In this document: piece after piece, positions 46,802 through 55,647 of the stretch
Layout: each line of letters starts with the position of its first letter
How positions within the stretch are numbered: the first letter of the stretch is position 1
IMG/VR virus record: IMGVR_UViG_3300009000_000003
Source of the DNA: a virus
Length of the DNA: 64,000 nt
Strand: one strand, 5' to 3'
Program-made: the position numbers and the translations under genes
The notes under the pieces: generated by a model
Seen by the model: only the letters and a program-made list of their open reading frames with translations
What the model was told of the DNA's origin: nothing
Database searches by the model: none

Positions 46802-47107
46802 TTAGTTTCTAGAAAATCGAGTATATCCAGAAACAACAGCAGGTGAAGACTGTTGAAAAGAAGTCATGGGAGTATATGAATTAGATTGCTGAGGAGTTTG
46901 TGAATTTTGTAAAAGCAAAGAAGTCATAGAAGTATATGAAGGTGCAGGAAGAATTTCATCAAAATCTGTTACTTCAAAAGAAAGAAACTCTTCGTTATTT
47001 TCAAAACGATGATAAAGAATATCAATAGCTTCGTTTAAAGAAGAAGCCTCAATATTTTGAGCTGTGTGACGGGAAGTTACTCTTAAAGTTAAATTGTATG
47101 TAGGCAT
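46802..47107 (-). CDS. Hypothetical protein with internal SYTxMTS repeat
   Basis: AGGA RBS; 60-nt-spaced imperfect repeat. Confidence 0.5.
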   Translation of the reverse strand: MPTYNLTLRVTSRHTAQNIEASSLNEAIDILYHRFENNEEFLSFEVTDFDEILPAPSYTSMTSLLLQNSQTPQQSNSYTPMTSFQQSSPAVVSGYTRFSRN

Positions 47108-47116
47108 ACATAATCC

Positions 47117-47371
47117 TTAATTAAGTTTATTTATTAAAGAAGAAAAAATCTTTTCATTTTCTTCTTCAAGAAGAGAAATTTTTTGCTTTAATTTTTTGTT
47201 TTCTTCAAGCATAATAAAGTATTTTAATTGTTCTGGAGTCATGTAAGGTTTTTTATAAATATATTTATATGTAAAGAGTTTAGACAAATACATTAAATAA
47301 TGTATTAAAAAACCAGCTCCAGTAAACATTAATACACCAATTATAACTTTTGGAATATAAAAGTGATACAT
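47117..47371 (-). CDS. Small membrane protein
   Basis: N-terminal TM, coiled-coil tail. Confidence 0.5.
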   Translation of the reverse strand: MYHFYIPKVIIGVLMFTGAGFLIHYLMYLSKLFTYKYIYKKPYMTPEQLKYFIMLEENKKLKQKISLLEEENEKIFSSLINKLN

Positions 47372-47490
47372 TTTAAATCCAAATAAGTCTTAGACTTTTA
47401 AATGTTGATACTAATATATTTATTGTTTCAATAATTTTTGGTATGTTAAATAATAAAGATAACATTTTTTTCCTTTTTTGAGAGATTTTA

Positions 47491-48396
47491 ATGAAAAAAT
47501 TAATTACTTATAATTTAAATTCATCTAAAAAACACGGTTGGACTCCAGAGTGGTTTGGAGCAGATTCTTTTGACGAGTCTTTAATTAAAAAAATTAAAGA
47601 ATTTCAAAAAGAATATCAACTAGAAAGTGATGGCCTTGTAGGACCTTCAACTTTAAGAAGACTTGAAACAAAACTTCTTGAAGAAGAAAGTTATAGTATC
47701 AAAAACAAACGTTTTAAAAATGAAGATAAATATATTGTATATAATAATAAAAAGTTTCCCATTGCGTGGAATAAAGTAATACTTTGGGATGAATCCAGAG
47801 GATTAAAAGCTAAAGAGGGATGCTATTATGATTGGTCAGGAAGACCTGATAGAAAACCTATTCAATTTGTAAACCATTGGGACGCAACATTATCTAGCGA
47901 AGCTTGCGCTAAGATTATTAATAAGAGAGGCTTATCTATGCATTTCTTAATTGATAATGATGGAACTATATATCAGATGCTAGACATCCAACATGTGGCT
48001 TGGCAAGCTGGATCTAAATTGTGGAATACTAATGGTATTGGAGTAGAAATTAGTAATGCTTTTTACACTAAATATCAGAACTGGTATGTAAAAAATGGTT
48101 TTGGTGAAAGACCAATTGTTACTTCTGAAGTAAATAGTAAAAAAGTAGGACCGCACTTAGATTTCTATCCAGTACAACTGCAAGCGCTAGCTGCTTTATG
48201 GGCAGCCATTGCAGATTCAACAGGAATGAATTTAGAAGTATGTAATACTAAAGGGGTAGATGAAGATTGCAGAACAATGAAATTTAATGGTTTTGTAAAC
48301 CATTATAATTTAACTGCTAATAAAATTGATTGCGCATCTTTAAATATGGAAAAAATATTAAAGATGGCAAAAGATTTCAGTCAGCAGAATTGTTAG
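47491..48396 (+). CDS. N-acetylmuramoyl-L-alanine amidase with N-terminal peptidoglycan-binding domain (endolysin-like)
   Basis: FQKEYQLESDGLVGPST; VNHWD, SMHFLIDNDGTIYQ, AWQAG, IGVEI, NH...KID. Confidence 0.85.
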   Translation: MKKLITYNLNSSKKHGWTPEWFGADSFDESLIKKIKEFQKEYQLESDGLVGPSTLRRLETKLLEEESYSIKNKRFKNEDKYIVYNNKKFPIAWNKVILWDESRGLKAKEGCYYDWSGRPDRKPIQFVNHWDATLSSEACAKIINKRGLSMHFLIDNDGTIYQMLDIQHVAWQAGSKLWNTNGIGVEISNAFYTKYQNWYVKNGFGERPIVTSEVNSKKVGPHLDFYPVQLQALAALWAAIADSTGMNLEVCNTKGVDEDCRTMKFNGFVNHYNLTANKIDCASLNMEKILKMAKDFSQQNC

Positions 48397-48739
48397 GCCT
48401 TCTAATTAAAGAAATATCATCTACAACAACTTCAAAAGCATTAAAATAAATTCCTTCTTTTTGAATACTTCGAGTACGTAAATGGCCGACAAGTCGAACT
48501 TTGTCACCTTTTTTAAAATTACTGCAAATCATTTCAGCTTTATTAGCCCAAGCTACAACTGGAATTTTAGAAGTTCTTTTTTTGTAAGTAGATTCTTCTG
48601 AATCTACTTTGCTTTTATAATTACTATCTACATATAAATTAAAATTAGTAACAGCTTTTTGATTATCAAAAGTATGTCGAAGCTCAGGGTCACAACTAAT
48701 GTTACCTTCACCAATCCATTGATTCATATTACGTGACAT
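48377..48739 (-). CDS. ssb: Single-stranded DNA-binding protein (OB fold)
   Basis: GNISCDPELR, VVAW..KAE, KKGDKV.LVG.LRT; no acidic tail. Confidence 0.85.
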   Translation of the reverse strand: MSRNMNQWIGEGNISCDPELRHTFDNQKAVTNFNLYVDSNYKSKVDSEESTYKKRTSKIPVVAWANKAEMICSNFKKGDKVRLVGHLRTRSIQKEGIYFNAFEVVVDDISLIRRPNNSAD

Positions 48740-48749
48740 AAAAAGTTCC

Positions 48750-49571
48750 TTACAAAGATTGTAATGTTTTAATAAAGTTTTGTTTTTCTTGAATATCAAG
48801 AGATTTAAAATAACTTAAAGCTAAAGATGATTTCTTTTCATCTTTTGCTAAATTATATAATGAGAAAGTTAAAGGCCAAACTTCAGCAGCTAATTCTTTA
48901 CAAGCAATAGCTAAGTCTTGTATTTCTTCTTGAGCGCCTTCATGTATTCTTAAATCGCAAAATTTAAAAAAATTATTTAGGTTAACAGTAGCCCAATAGT
49001 GAGTATATAAATTTTGAGGAAGAACCATGCGAGCTTGCTCTCTAGCTACTCCAGCATCAATCATCTGATTATACAATTGTAAAGAATTACTAACATGATC
49101 TTGTAAAGCTTTGTCTGCTTTACAATCATAATTCATAGTAGTTCCTTCGATAATATGCAAAACAGGATTGTGCTCAGATCCACTGATACTAGCTTGTCTA
49201 TTAGACTTAGATTGCTGGCGAAAATTAACAGGCATATAAAAATCTAAATCTTTATCAGTATATCGCCTGCTTATTTCATTATAAGACCAAGTTCTATGCC
49301 TCATATGTTGTCTAGCAACAAATAAAGGCGTCTTGATGGCAAAAGTTAAAGTGTTATGCTCAAGTATAGAAGTATGACCTTCTCTAACGCAGTATTTATA
49401 AAGTTTTTTATCTCTTTCAGTAAGAGAGTCGACCTCGACACCAAAAGACGCTCTAGCAGCATTTACGGGTGTAATAACATCATCACCCATATAATTAACT
49501 AGCTCAACGTAACCAGTATTAGTAGGTGAGTTTTTTTGATATAAAATTTTTGTTAATTTATATTCATTCAA
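48750..49571 (-). CDS. thyX: Flavin-dependent thymidylate synthase
   Basis: GHTSILEH, RQHMRHRTWSYNEISRRY, REQARMVLP. Confidence 0.95.
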   Translation of the reverse strand: MNEYKLTKILYQKNSPTNTGYVELVNYMGDDVITPVNAARASFGVEVDSLTERDKKLYKYCVREGHTSILEHNTLTFAIKTPLFVARQHMRHRTWSYNEISRRYTDKDLDFYMPVNFRQQSKSNRQASISGSEHNPVLHIIEGTTMNYDCKADKALQDHVSNSLQLYNQMIDAGVAREQARMVLPQNLYTHYWATVNLNNFFKFCDLRIHEGAQEEIQDLAIACKELAAEVWPLTFSLYNLAKDEKKSSLALSYFKSLDIQEKQNFIKTLQSL

Positions 49572-49897
49572 AACTGTATACCATCTTCATTAAGAGAAGT
49601 TTGTTGAGAATTGTTACGAAGATTTTCTAATTCAGAATATTGGCAAAAAGCAATAATGATTAAATCATAATAATATTTTTGCAATTTTTTTAAAAATTCT
49701 TCTTTTTGATTGGATTTTAAAGTATTTGCAAATTCGCTAGAATAATAATAAAATTCAGAATCAGAAATGTGAGTTAAAATATTTTGAATTGCTTTTAATA
49801 AATCCTGAGGATTATAATGAGGTTCGGAATAATATTTAATAAGATAATTTGATTTCAAATTATCTTTCAAAAATTCATTTTGATTAGATGTAAACAT
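49568..49897 (-). CDS. Hypothetical protein
   Basis: ORF in operon. Confidence 0.45.
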   Translation of the reverse strand: MFTSNQNEFLKDNLKSNYLIKYYSEPHYNPQDLLKAIQNILTHISDSEFYYYSSEFANTLKSNQKEEFLKKLQKYYYDLIIIAFCQYSELENLRNNSQQTSLNEDGIQF

Positions 49898-49902
49898 AGT
49901 AA

Positions 49903-50601
49903 TTAAACCTCTGAAAGGTCTTGCGGCTCTGGGCTTGGTTGATTAGTCTCTTCTGTAGAATCTGAAGTTAATTTAATATTTTTAATTAAATCAGAATTTA
50001 AATGATTGGGAGTATTAACAACTTCATTTGCATCTACGTTATAACTTGGAGGATTCGGGCCAGAAGACAAAAATAAAACTGTTTCTCCGAGAGGAGATTC
50101 TTTAATTAAAGTACACCCTCTAACGGCTTTATTTGGACCAGTTCTATTTGGCCAATTAAAACTATTAACCATATTGATAAACTCTGAAATAAAAGTATTA
50201 TTTGCTAAATGTTTATCAAAGTCTTCAAAAACTGCTGTTTCTAAACTAACAGTATTTTCTTTTTTATTAAACTCAATTTTAACTTCTGGAGTTGCCAGAG
50301 TTAAAGTCCTATTATTAAAGCTTTGAAAATGATTTTTCTTGGGCTTGTAAATTTTAGTATTAGTTTTTGTCATTGATGTTTCAATTAAAAACTTTCTAAA
50401 AGCTGTAACTTCGTTTTCAGAAAAATAAACATTTAATGCTGTAAGGAAAGCATTGTAATTTAAATTTTTATTTTCTAAATAAAAATTAGTAGCCTCAGTA
50501 TAAGCAACATCAATTTCTTGATTAAAATAATTTAAAATAGTGCTGTATACATATTTCCAGTCCCCCATAGGAACTGTTAAAGATCCATAAATCTTACTCA
50601 T
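49903..50601 (-). CDS. Hypothetical protein
   Basis: Likely start MSKIYG with AGGA RBS. Confidence 0.5.
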   Translation of the reverse strand: MSKIYGSLTVPMGDWKYVYSTILNYFNQEIDVAYTEATNFYLENKNLNYNAFLTALNVYFSENEVTAFRKFLIETSMTKTNTKIYKPKKNHFQSFNNRTLTLATPEVKIEFNKKENTVSLETAVFEDFDKHLANNTFISEFINMVNSFNWPNRTGPNKAVRGCTLIKESPLGETVLFLSSGPNPPSYNVDANEVVNTPNHLNSDLIKNIKLTSDSTEETNQPSPEPQDLSEV

Positions 50602-50755
50602 TTGTTTTCCTGTAATATGATTTTGCAATAAGAATATTTAAATCCATATGCATGAATTTTAGGTTTAAGACAAATATATTTATATTTTTTTTTGCTAGAA
50701 GGAAATAGAAAAAAGAAAATAAACATAAAAAATATTAATAATAAAGAAAAATAGT

Positions 50756-51256
50756 TCAAAGAGAATTCTCTAAATCTAAATAGTATTTTTGAAATACTTT
50801 AGCATTATGAAGTATTTTTTTAGAATACAAAGGGTAATTGCATTTAACTCCTGTAGAATAGCATTGCAAAGCTTTTTCAATATTAGGAATTTTTAAAAAT
50901 TCATATTTATATTTTTGCAAAACATATGCTCCAGCTTCTATAGCTAAATCTGGGGCACCTAAAAGAAAATCGCATTCTTGACCCAAATAACGAGGAATGA
51001 CTTGCGTTAAACCACAAGCCCCTACGCTACTTGTTAAATTAGAAATCCATCTAGATTCTTGATAAATTAAAGCTGCTAAAATAAAAGGATTAATTTTATT
51101 TTCTTCTGCAGATAAAACAAGATCTTCTGAATATTTACAAAAATTAATTAAACCTTCAGATTTAATATTTATTTTGTGATCTAAATGCACATTGTAAAAA
51201 GATACGCAAAGTATAGCTGAATTAATCTTTGCTAAAAATAAACTCGTCAGACTCAT
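50756..51256 (-). CDS. Lytic transglycosylase (SLT domain)
   Basis: ALIYQES, SSVGACGLTQV, AGAYVL, ALQCYS.G. Confidence 0.85.
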   Translation of the reverse strand: MSLTSLFLAKINSAILCVSFYNVHLDHKINIKSEGLINFCKYSEDLVLSAEENKINPFILAALIYQESRWISNLTSSVGACGLTQVIPRYLGQECDFLLGAPDLAIEAGAYVLQKYKYEFLKIPNIEKALQCYSTGVKCNYPLYSKKILHNAKVFQKYYLDLENSL

Positions 51257-51455
51257 AATGTAATAAAGATTCTTCGTCTTCTAATAAAAGAGTTGTATCT
51301 TGGTCTTCAAGTAAACCTACATACTTATAATCAAAATAAAGAGAGCCTTCATTAAAATCTATAGTAATTTTAGATTCTCTCATAAGAGTATTAAGATCGT
51401 TTAAAAAAGTATTTATTCTTTTTTTATATTCATTACTGTAATTATAACAACTCAT
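51222..51455 (-). CDS. Hypothetical protein
   Basis: ORF in operon. Confidence 0.4.
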   Translation of the reverse strand: MSCYNYSNEYKKRINTFLNDLNTLMRESKITIDFNEGSLYFDYKYVGLLEDQDTTLLLEDEESLLHYESDEFIFSKD

Positions 51456-51468
51456 TTATATAAATATC

Positions 51469-52122
51469 CTATCTTTTCCAAGGGTTTTGTTGAGTATAAA
51501 AATTACTTTTAGAATTTTCAAGGTTTTTACCTACATTATAAGTATAATAATTATAAGAACCTCTTTCATTTAAAGCTTTTCTAAAAGTAATGCTATATCT
51601 AATTTGTTCAAAATTATCAATTTTAGGAACACTGTGCTGATAATCTTTTTGACAATTATTTTGCATAATAAATAAATCGCCATGAGAAAGATTCCAAGAT
51701 TGAGTTTGTTTAGTTTCTTTATTCTTTAAACAAAAAGGTCTAGAAGCTCCTAAAGTTAAAGAAGGTATCATAGGGTTTTTACCTAAAAAGATTTCATCAT
51801 CAGAATGGTATGCAATAGAATCTTTACCGTTTCTATACTTTGCAAAAAGCATAAAATTAAATTCTTGTTTTGCAAAATCTTGAATCAATAATTTTAATTC
51901 AACAAGTTTATCTGGGATCGGAGAGGGTTTTATATTATTGACTGGATAATATAAATTATTGTGAAAACCTGCACACCAAGTTTCTCTAGGAGTTTGAACG
52001 TAACCTCTTTCAGGTTTAAAATATCTTACTTGACGCCAAGGAATTTCATTTTCTAAATAACTTAATAAATAATCAGCCTCGTTCTTATAAAGAAACTGAG
52101 GGTGATACTGGTAATGACTCAT
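51469..52122 (-). CDS. AlkB-family 2OG-Fe(II) dioxygenase (ALKBH2/3-like)
   Basis: YRNGKDSIAYHSDDE, SLTLGASR, HSVPK, RYSITFR. Confidence 0.9.
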   Translation of the reverse strand: MSHYQYHPQFLYKNEADYLLSYLENEIPWRQVRYFKPERGYVQTPRETWCAGFHNNLYYPVNNIKPSPIPDKLVELKLLIQDFAKQEFNFMLFAKYRNGKDSIAYHSDDEIFLGKNPMIPSLTLGASRPFCLKNKETKQTQSWNLSHGDLFIMQNNCQKDYQHSVPKIDNFEQIRYSITFRKALNERGSYNYYTYNVGKNLENSKSNFYTQQNPWKR

Positions 52123-52396
52123 TTTTCTTCTTTTCTCTCCAGCGACGTTTACGTTGTCTAGCAGCGCAACGATCACTGCAATACTTAGAATCTTTATGTA
52201 CTTTTTTTAAATTAGTACATTCGACTACTTCACAAAAAATAGTAGAGGGTGGAGGTTTAACACCTTTGCAATTATACCTCCAGCATCTTTTAGCAGAAGC
52301 TGGTTGTATTGCTCTATTACCCATTCGAATAGGGCATTGCCAAAGTAATTCGCCAGTTTTTGGGTCATTAAAGTAACTTACGGAACATTTAGACAT
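52085..52396 (-). CDS. Cys-rich zinc-finger protein
   Basis: Multiple Cys; YCSDRC..RQRKRRWR. Confidence 0.55.
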   Translation of the reverse strand: MSKCSVSYFNDPKTGELLWQCPIRMGNRAIQPASAKRCWRYNCKGVKPPPSTIFCEVVECTNLKKVHKDSKYCSDRCAARQRKRRWREKKKNESLPVSPSVSL

Positions 52397-52543
52397 AATT
52401 AACCTTACTTATTATAATTAGGATTGATTATCATTGAATCAAATTCAAGGACTTCCATATCGTAACTAAAATCATTTAATTCATAATCACAATATATAAT
52501 AAAAGAAGGAACCTTAAAATCTTCTTCAGTTACATACTGTGAT

Positions 52544-52756
52544 TCACAAGCTGTTACAAACCAAAAGTTGAATAAAATCAACAAAATCGGCTTGTAAACT
52601 ATTAATAAGTTTTGAATCGGGTTCATATTCCTCATCTAGGGATTCATCTTCAGGGTTGCAAGAACAGTAGTTTTCAGATTGATGATAAAGTTTACCGCAA
52701 TCTGGACAGTTAGAATAGTAGAGATGCCAATCATCAGGTACGTTAGAAGGAAACAT
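52544..52756 (-). CDS. Small Zn-ribbon protein
   Basis: CPDCG...CSC. Confidence 0.45.
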   Translation of the reverse strand: MFPSNVPDDWHLYYSNCPDCGKLYHQSENYCSCNPEDESLDEEYEPDSKLINSLQADFVDFIQLLVCNSL

Positions 52757-52758
52757 TC

Positions 52759-52998
52759 TTACCCTTTTAAATTGTTAACAAAAGTATAAGTAATAGGATC
52801 TAAAGAATTTATTTCTTTCCAAAAAATTAAACTTTCTTCATAAGAATCAAAATAAATTTTTTTAGTATAAGAATCAGAATCTTGAATAAAAATTTCAAAA
52901 CCTTTTTTTAAATGCTCAAAAGAAAGATAAATTTTATTATCTGAAAAAAGTTTCCAATTATCATCAATTGCAGCGTCTTTTAAAACTCTAATTTTCAT
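52759..52998 (-). CDS. Hypothetical protein
   Basis: ORF in operon. Confidence 0.4.
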   Translation of the reverse strand: MKIRVLKDAAIDDNWKLFSDNKIYLSFEHLKKGFEIFIQDSDSYTKKIYFDSYEESLIFWKEINSLDPITYTFVNNLKG

Positions 52999-53239
52999 CT
53001 TTATCCTTATCTAATAAATCTTTAGAAAGATTAGTATATTTATCTAAAGCGGCTTGACCAAGAATATAACCTACTTGAATAAAACCACTTACAATTAAAA
53101 GCGTTATAATTACAGAAAAACTATAATGATCAAACTTACTTTTTGATTGATAAAGAATATAAAACAAGCTTAGTTTCCATCCTAAATCAGCAATCAAATA
53201 AGCTATAAATTTTTTAGATTGTAAAGGTTTTTTATCCAT
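52988..53239 (-). CDS. Small 2-TM membrane protein (holin-like possible)
   Basis: SKKFIAYL...YILGQAALD. Confidence 0.5.
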   Translation of the reverse strand: MDKKPLQSKKFIAYLIADLGWKLSLFYILYQSKSKFDHYSFSVIITLLIVSGFIQVGYILGQAALDKYTNLSKDLLDKDKDEN

Positions 53240-53711
53240 TGTAATTGTCTCTATCTGTAGGAAGCCACTCTTCTACATGTTTATCAAGTACAACTTGAGA
53301 TTCACTTTTTGTTCTGATTGGATTTTCATTAACAAATAATGAAAGTTTATTAATGACAGCATTTTGAAGTTCAAAAATTTGCTCTCTAAGAAGCTGCATT
53401 TGTATTTGACTATCTCTAAGTCTAGCAATTAAAGCTTGTCTATCAGCATTAGCTGACGAAAGCTTATCTTTTAATTCTTCAACTTCGCTAGGATCTCTGC
53501 CACTAGCAATTGCTAGCATAGAGCTTATAGCGCCAGTAATCATACCAATTAAACCAACTAAAACATCTCTATTCTTTTCTTGTATTTCAACAAAAGAAAG
53601 AAACATTATTAAAGCTACAACAAGTATCATAAAAAATACAGAGAACCACCAACCTCTTTTAGCTTTGTCTATCTGTATATCTTGTTTATTTGTATTTTTT
53701 TCTAATTTCAT
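53232..53711 (-). CDS. 2-TM membrane protein with C-terminal coiled coil
   Basis: Two hydrophobic helices then heptad repeats. Confidence 0.6.
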   Translation of the reverse strand: MKLEKNTNKQDIQIDKAKRGWWFSVFFMILVVALIMFLSFVEIQEKNRDVLVGLIGMITGAISSMLAIASGRDPSEVEELKDKLSSANADRQALIARLRDSQIQMQLLREQIFELQNAVINKLSLFVNENPIRTKSESQVVLDKHVEEWLPTDRDNYNG

Positions 53712-54559
53712 AATAAACCTTTTAAATATATTAATAAATTTCTTATATACTCAAAAGGTTTAAAAATTAAATAATCTAAATTCCAAGCTTTTTTATAATA
53801 AGGAGAAGAAAGGAATGGATATAAAATATACAAAATATAAAAAAGAAAAATAAAACATGATTTCCAATAAAAGAATTCAATAAGCTCTTTTATTTTTTTA
53901 TGTTTGAGTTGAGTTCTTATTTTATTTTTACCACCTAATCTTTTTGCTTTTTCAGAATCAAGAGGAGGTTGCAAGTGAGATTCTTCTGTACCTAAAGCAT
54001 AAATTTTTTCTGGATTAGCAACACCTTTAAACTTATATAAACCGACTAAAGCGGATAAAGCATCTTTAGGTATGTAATTTGAATTAGAAAGTCTTGATTT
54101 AAATTTTAAATAAGCTTTTTCTGAAAGTAAAATTTGATCTGGACCGCACAAAGACATTGTCCTCGCAGCAATATTTTTACCTATTCCTTCAATGTTAATC
54201 CTTTTTACGCCACCACGAACAAGCTTTTCAGAAGTTTTAACAATAATCATATTGTCATAATGTATGCCTACTCTGCTTTTGAAAGGAAATCTATATTTCT
54301 TTAATTTTGTTTTATAAGCAAAAGCAAAACCAATAGCATCTTGTATTGAGTTAAAATACATTAAATGGCCATCTGAATTATCTACCCAAGTACCATTAAA
54401 TCTTCCAATTAAACCCATAACAAATCTGTCATGTTGACTAAATTTGATTGCAGCTTGATGAGCACCTGCTGCTTGCACAAACTTAGTACTACCAATTATA
54501 TCAGTAAGTACTATAGCTATTTGTGCATTTTGCATGTCTTCAGGTTTTGGAATAGTCAT
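53708..54559 (-). CDS. Class III nucleotidyl (adenylate/guanylate) cyclase-like protein with C-terminal TM
   Basis: LTDIIGST, SDG, RVGIH, NIAAR, QILLSE, FKGV. Confidence 0.8.
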   Translation of the reverse strand: MTIPKPEDMQNAQIAIVLTDIIGSTKFVQAAGAHQAAIKFSQHDRFVMGLIGRFNGTWVDNSDGHLMYFNSIQDAIGFAFAYKTKLKKYRFPFKSRVGIHYDNMIIVKTSEKLVRGGVKRINIEGIGKNIAARTMSLCGPDQILLSEKAYLKFKSRLSNSNYIPKDALSALVGLYKFKGVANPEKIYALGTEESHLQPPLDSEKAKRLGGKNKIRTQLKHKKIKELIEFFYWKSCFIFLFYILYILYPFLSSPYYKKAWNLDYLIFKPFEYIRNLLIYLKGLL

Positions 54560-54710
54560 TATTTTTATTTAAGCAATGCTGTTTATTTTCAAAACAATCA
54601 TCTAATGATAAGTGGCAATTACAAAGTAAGACAATACAAGAACAAAACATGTTACCACAAAAAGAGCAGGGGTATTTGATTATTAAGAAATCTAATATTT
54701 TTCTCCACAT
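54540..54710 (-). CDS. Small Cys-rich protein (56 aa, not in ORF track)
   Basis: GGAG RBS; MWRKILDFLIIKYPCSFCGNMFCSCIVLLCNCHLSLDDCFENKQHCLNKNNDYSKT. Confidence 0.45.
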   Translation of the reverse strand: MWRKILDFLIIKYPCSFCGNMFCSCIVLLCNCHLSLDDCFENKQHCLNKNNDYSKT

Positions 54711-54881
54711 TACTTACTCCTTAATTATTATAGTAATAATTTGTTAATAAATTCTACATGTATACTAAAGTAAGAAAAGTAATAGAAAAAAGATAAAAAC
54801 TAATAACAGTTTTTTCATTAATATAAGTCATTTAAATTCTCCTAAAATCTTGAATGGCTTTAACAAAAATATTTTTTAAAA

Positions 54882-55412
54882 TCAAGGAGGAGAATTAAAA
54901 TAATTGCTAACATGATTCATTAATATTCCCGAAGCAGTACCAACATTTAAACTGCGTACGCTTCCGTATTGAGGAATATAAATACAAGCAGAACAAAGTT
55001 TTAGTACTTCAGGTAAAATCCCTGAAGACTCTTCTCCAAAAATATAAATATCTTCAGGTTGGGGGGTAAAGGAGTTTAAAGAGACAGTATTAGAAATATT
55101 ATTTTCAACCCCAATCAAACGATACTTTCTTGACAATTCTATAATTTCAGAATAATCAGAAAGGTGTGTTAATTGTTTATAATTATGACTTCCTACAGAC
55201 CCTCTTCTGTCCCAACGTTTCTTTCCGTAATAATAAATTTCTTCAACACCAAAAGCATTTCCGTTTCTAATAAATGTAGAAATGTTAAAATCACCATTAA
55301 TGTGTTGCATCATAATTTTATAAGGAAAAGCTTTTCTAGCAAGATCTTCTTTAATTAAAGCTGTTTCCATAACTTTATAACTATCCATTACATTCATCGT
55401 AAATACTTTCAA
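54882..55412 (-). CDS. TrmH/SpoU-family (SPOUT) RNA methyltransferase
   Basis: FNISTFIR, FGEESSG, IPQYGSVRSLNVGTASGI. Confidence 0.9.
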   Translation of the reverse strand: MKVFTMNVMDSYKVMETALIKEDLARKAFPYKIMMQHINGDFNISTFIRNGNAFGVEEIYYYGKKRWDRRGSVGSHNYKQLTHLSDYSEIIELSRKYRLIGVENNISNTVSLNSFTPQPEDIYIFGEESSGILPEVLKLCSACIYIPQYGSVRSLNVGTASGILMNHVSNYFNSPP

Positions 55413-55424
55413 AATAATAAATTA

Positions 55425-55495
55425 AGGATTTGATAGGATTCAAACCTATATCTAAGTGTTACAAACACTTGCTTTATCAATTAAGCTACAAATCC
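55425..55495 (-). tRNA. Atypical tRNA, probably Thr(UGU); no encoded CCA
   Basis: GGATTTG/CAAATCC acceptor; GCTT/AAGC D stem; AAGTG-TTTGTAA-CACTT; ATAGG-TTTGAAT-CCTAT. Confidence 0.65.
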
Positions 55496-55500
55496 AAAAT

Positions 55501-55593
55501 GCCCCTACACGATAAAAAAGTTAAGTGGTTTAAGCTCTCTTTTGTTTATCGACATATGATGCGCCTTTCATTATAAATGCAAAGGGTAGGGGC
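55501..55593 (-). ncRNA. Putative structured RNA (three-way junction); strand inferred from neighbours
   Basis: Closing stem GCCCCTAC/GTAGGGGC enclosing CCTTTGCAT/ATGAAAGG and CGATAAA/TTTATCG stems. Confidence 0.5.
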
Positions 55594-55595
55594 TA

Positions 55596-55645
55596 AGCGT
55601 TATTTAGGAATCGAACCTAAAAAAACTACCGTCAAGTTATAACGC
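55596..55645 (-). ncRNA. tRNA-like element lacking the anticodon arm
   Basis: GCGTTAT/ATAACGC stem; AACT-TGACGGT-AGTT D-like arm; TTAGG-TTCGATT-CCTAA T arm. Confidence 0.6.
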
Positions 55646-55647
55646 GA

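Noticed and set aside
46859-46940. Direct repeat agaagtcat..gagtatatgaa as a regulatory element
   Set aside because: In-frame 60 nt duplication encoding SYTxMTS within a small ORF; only two copies.
55501-55645. tmRNA (standard or permuted)
   Set aside because: No G3:U70 pair, no CCA, too short, and no tag reading frame evident.
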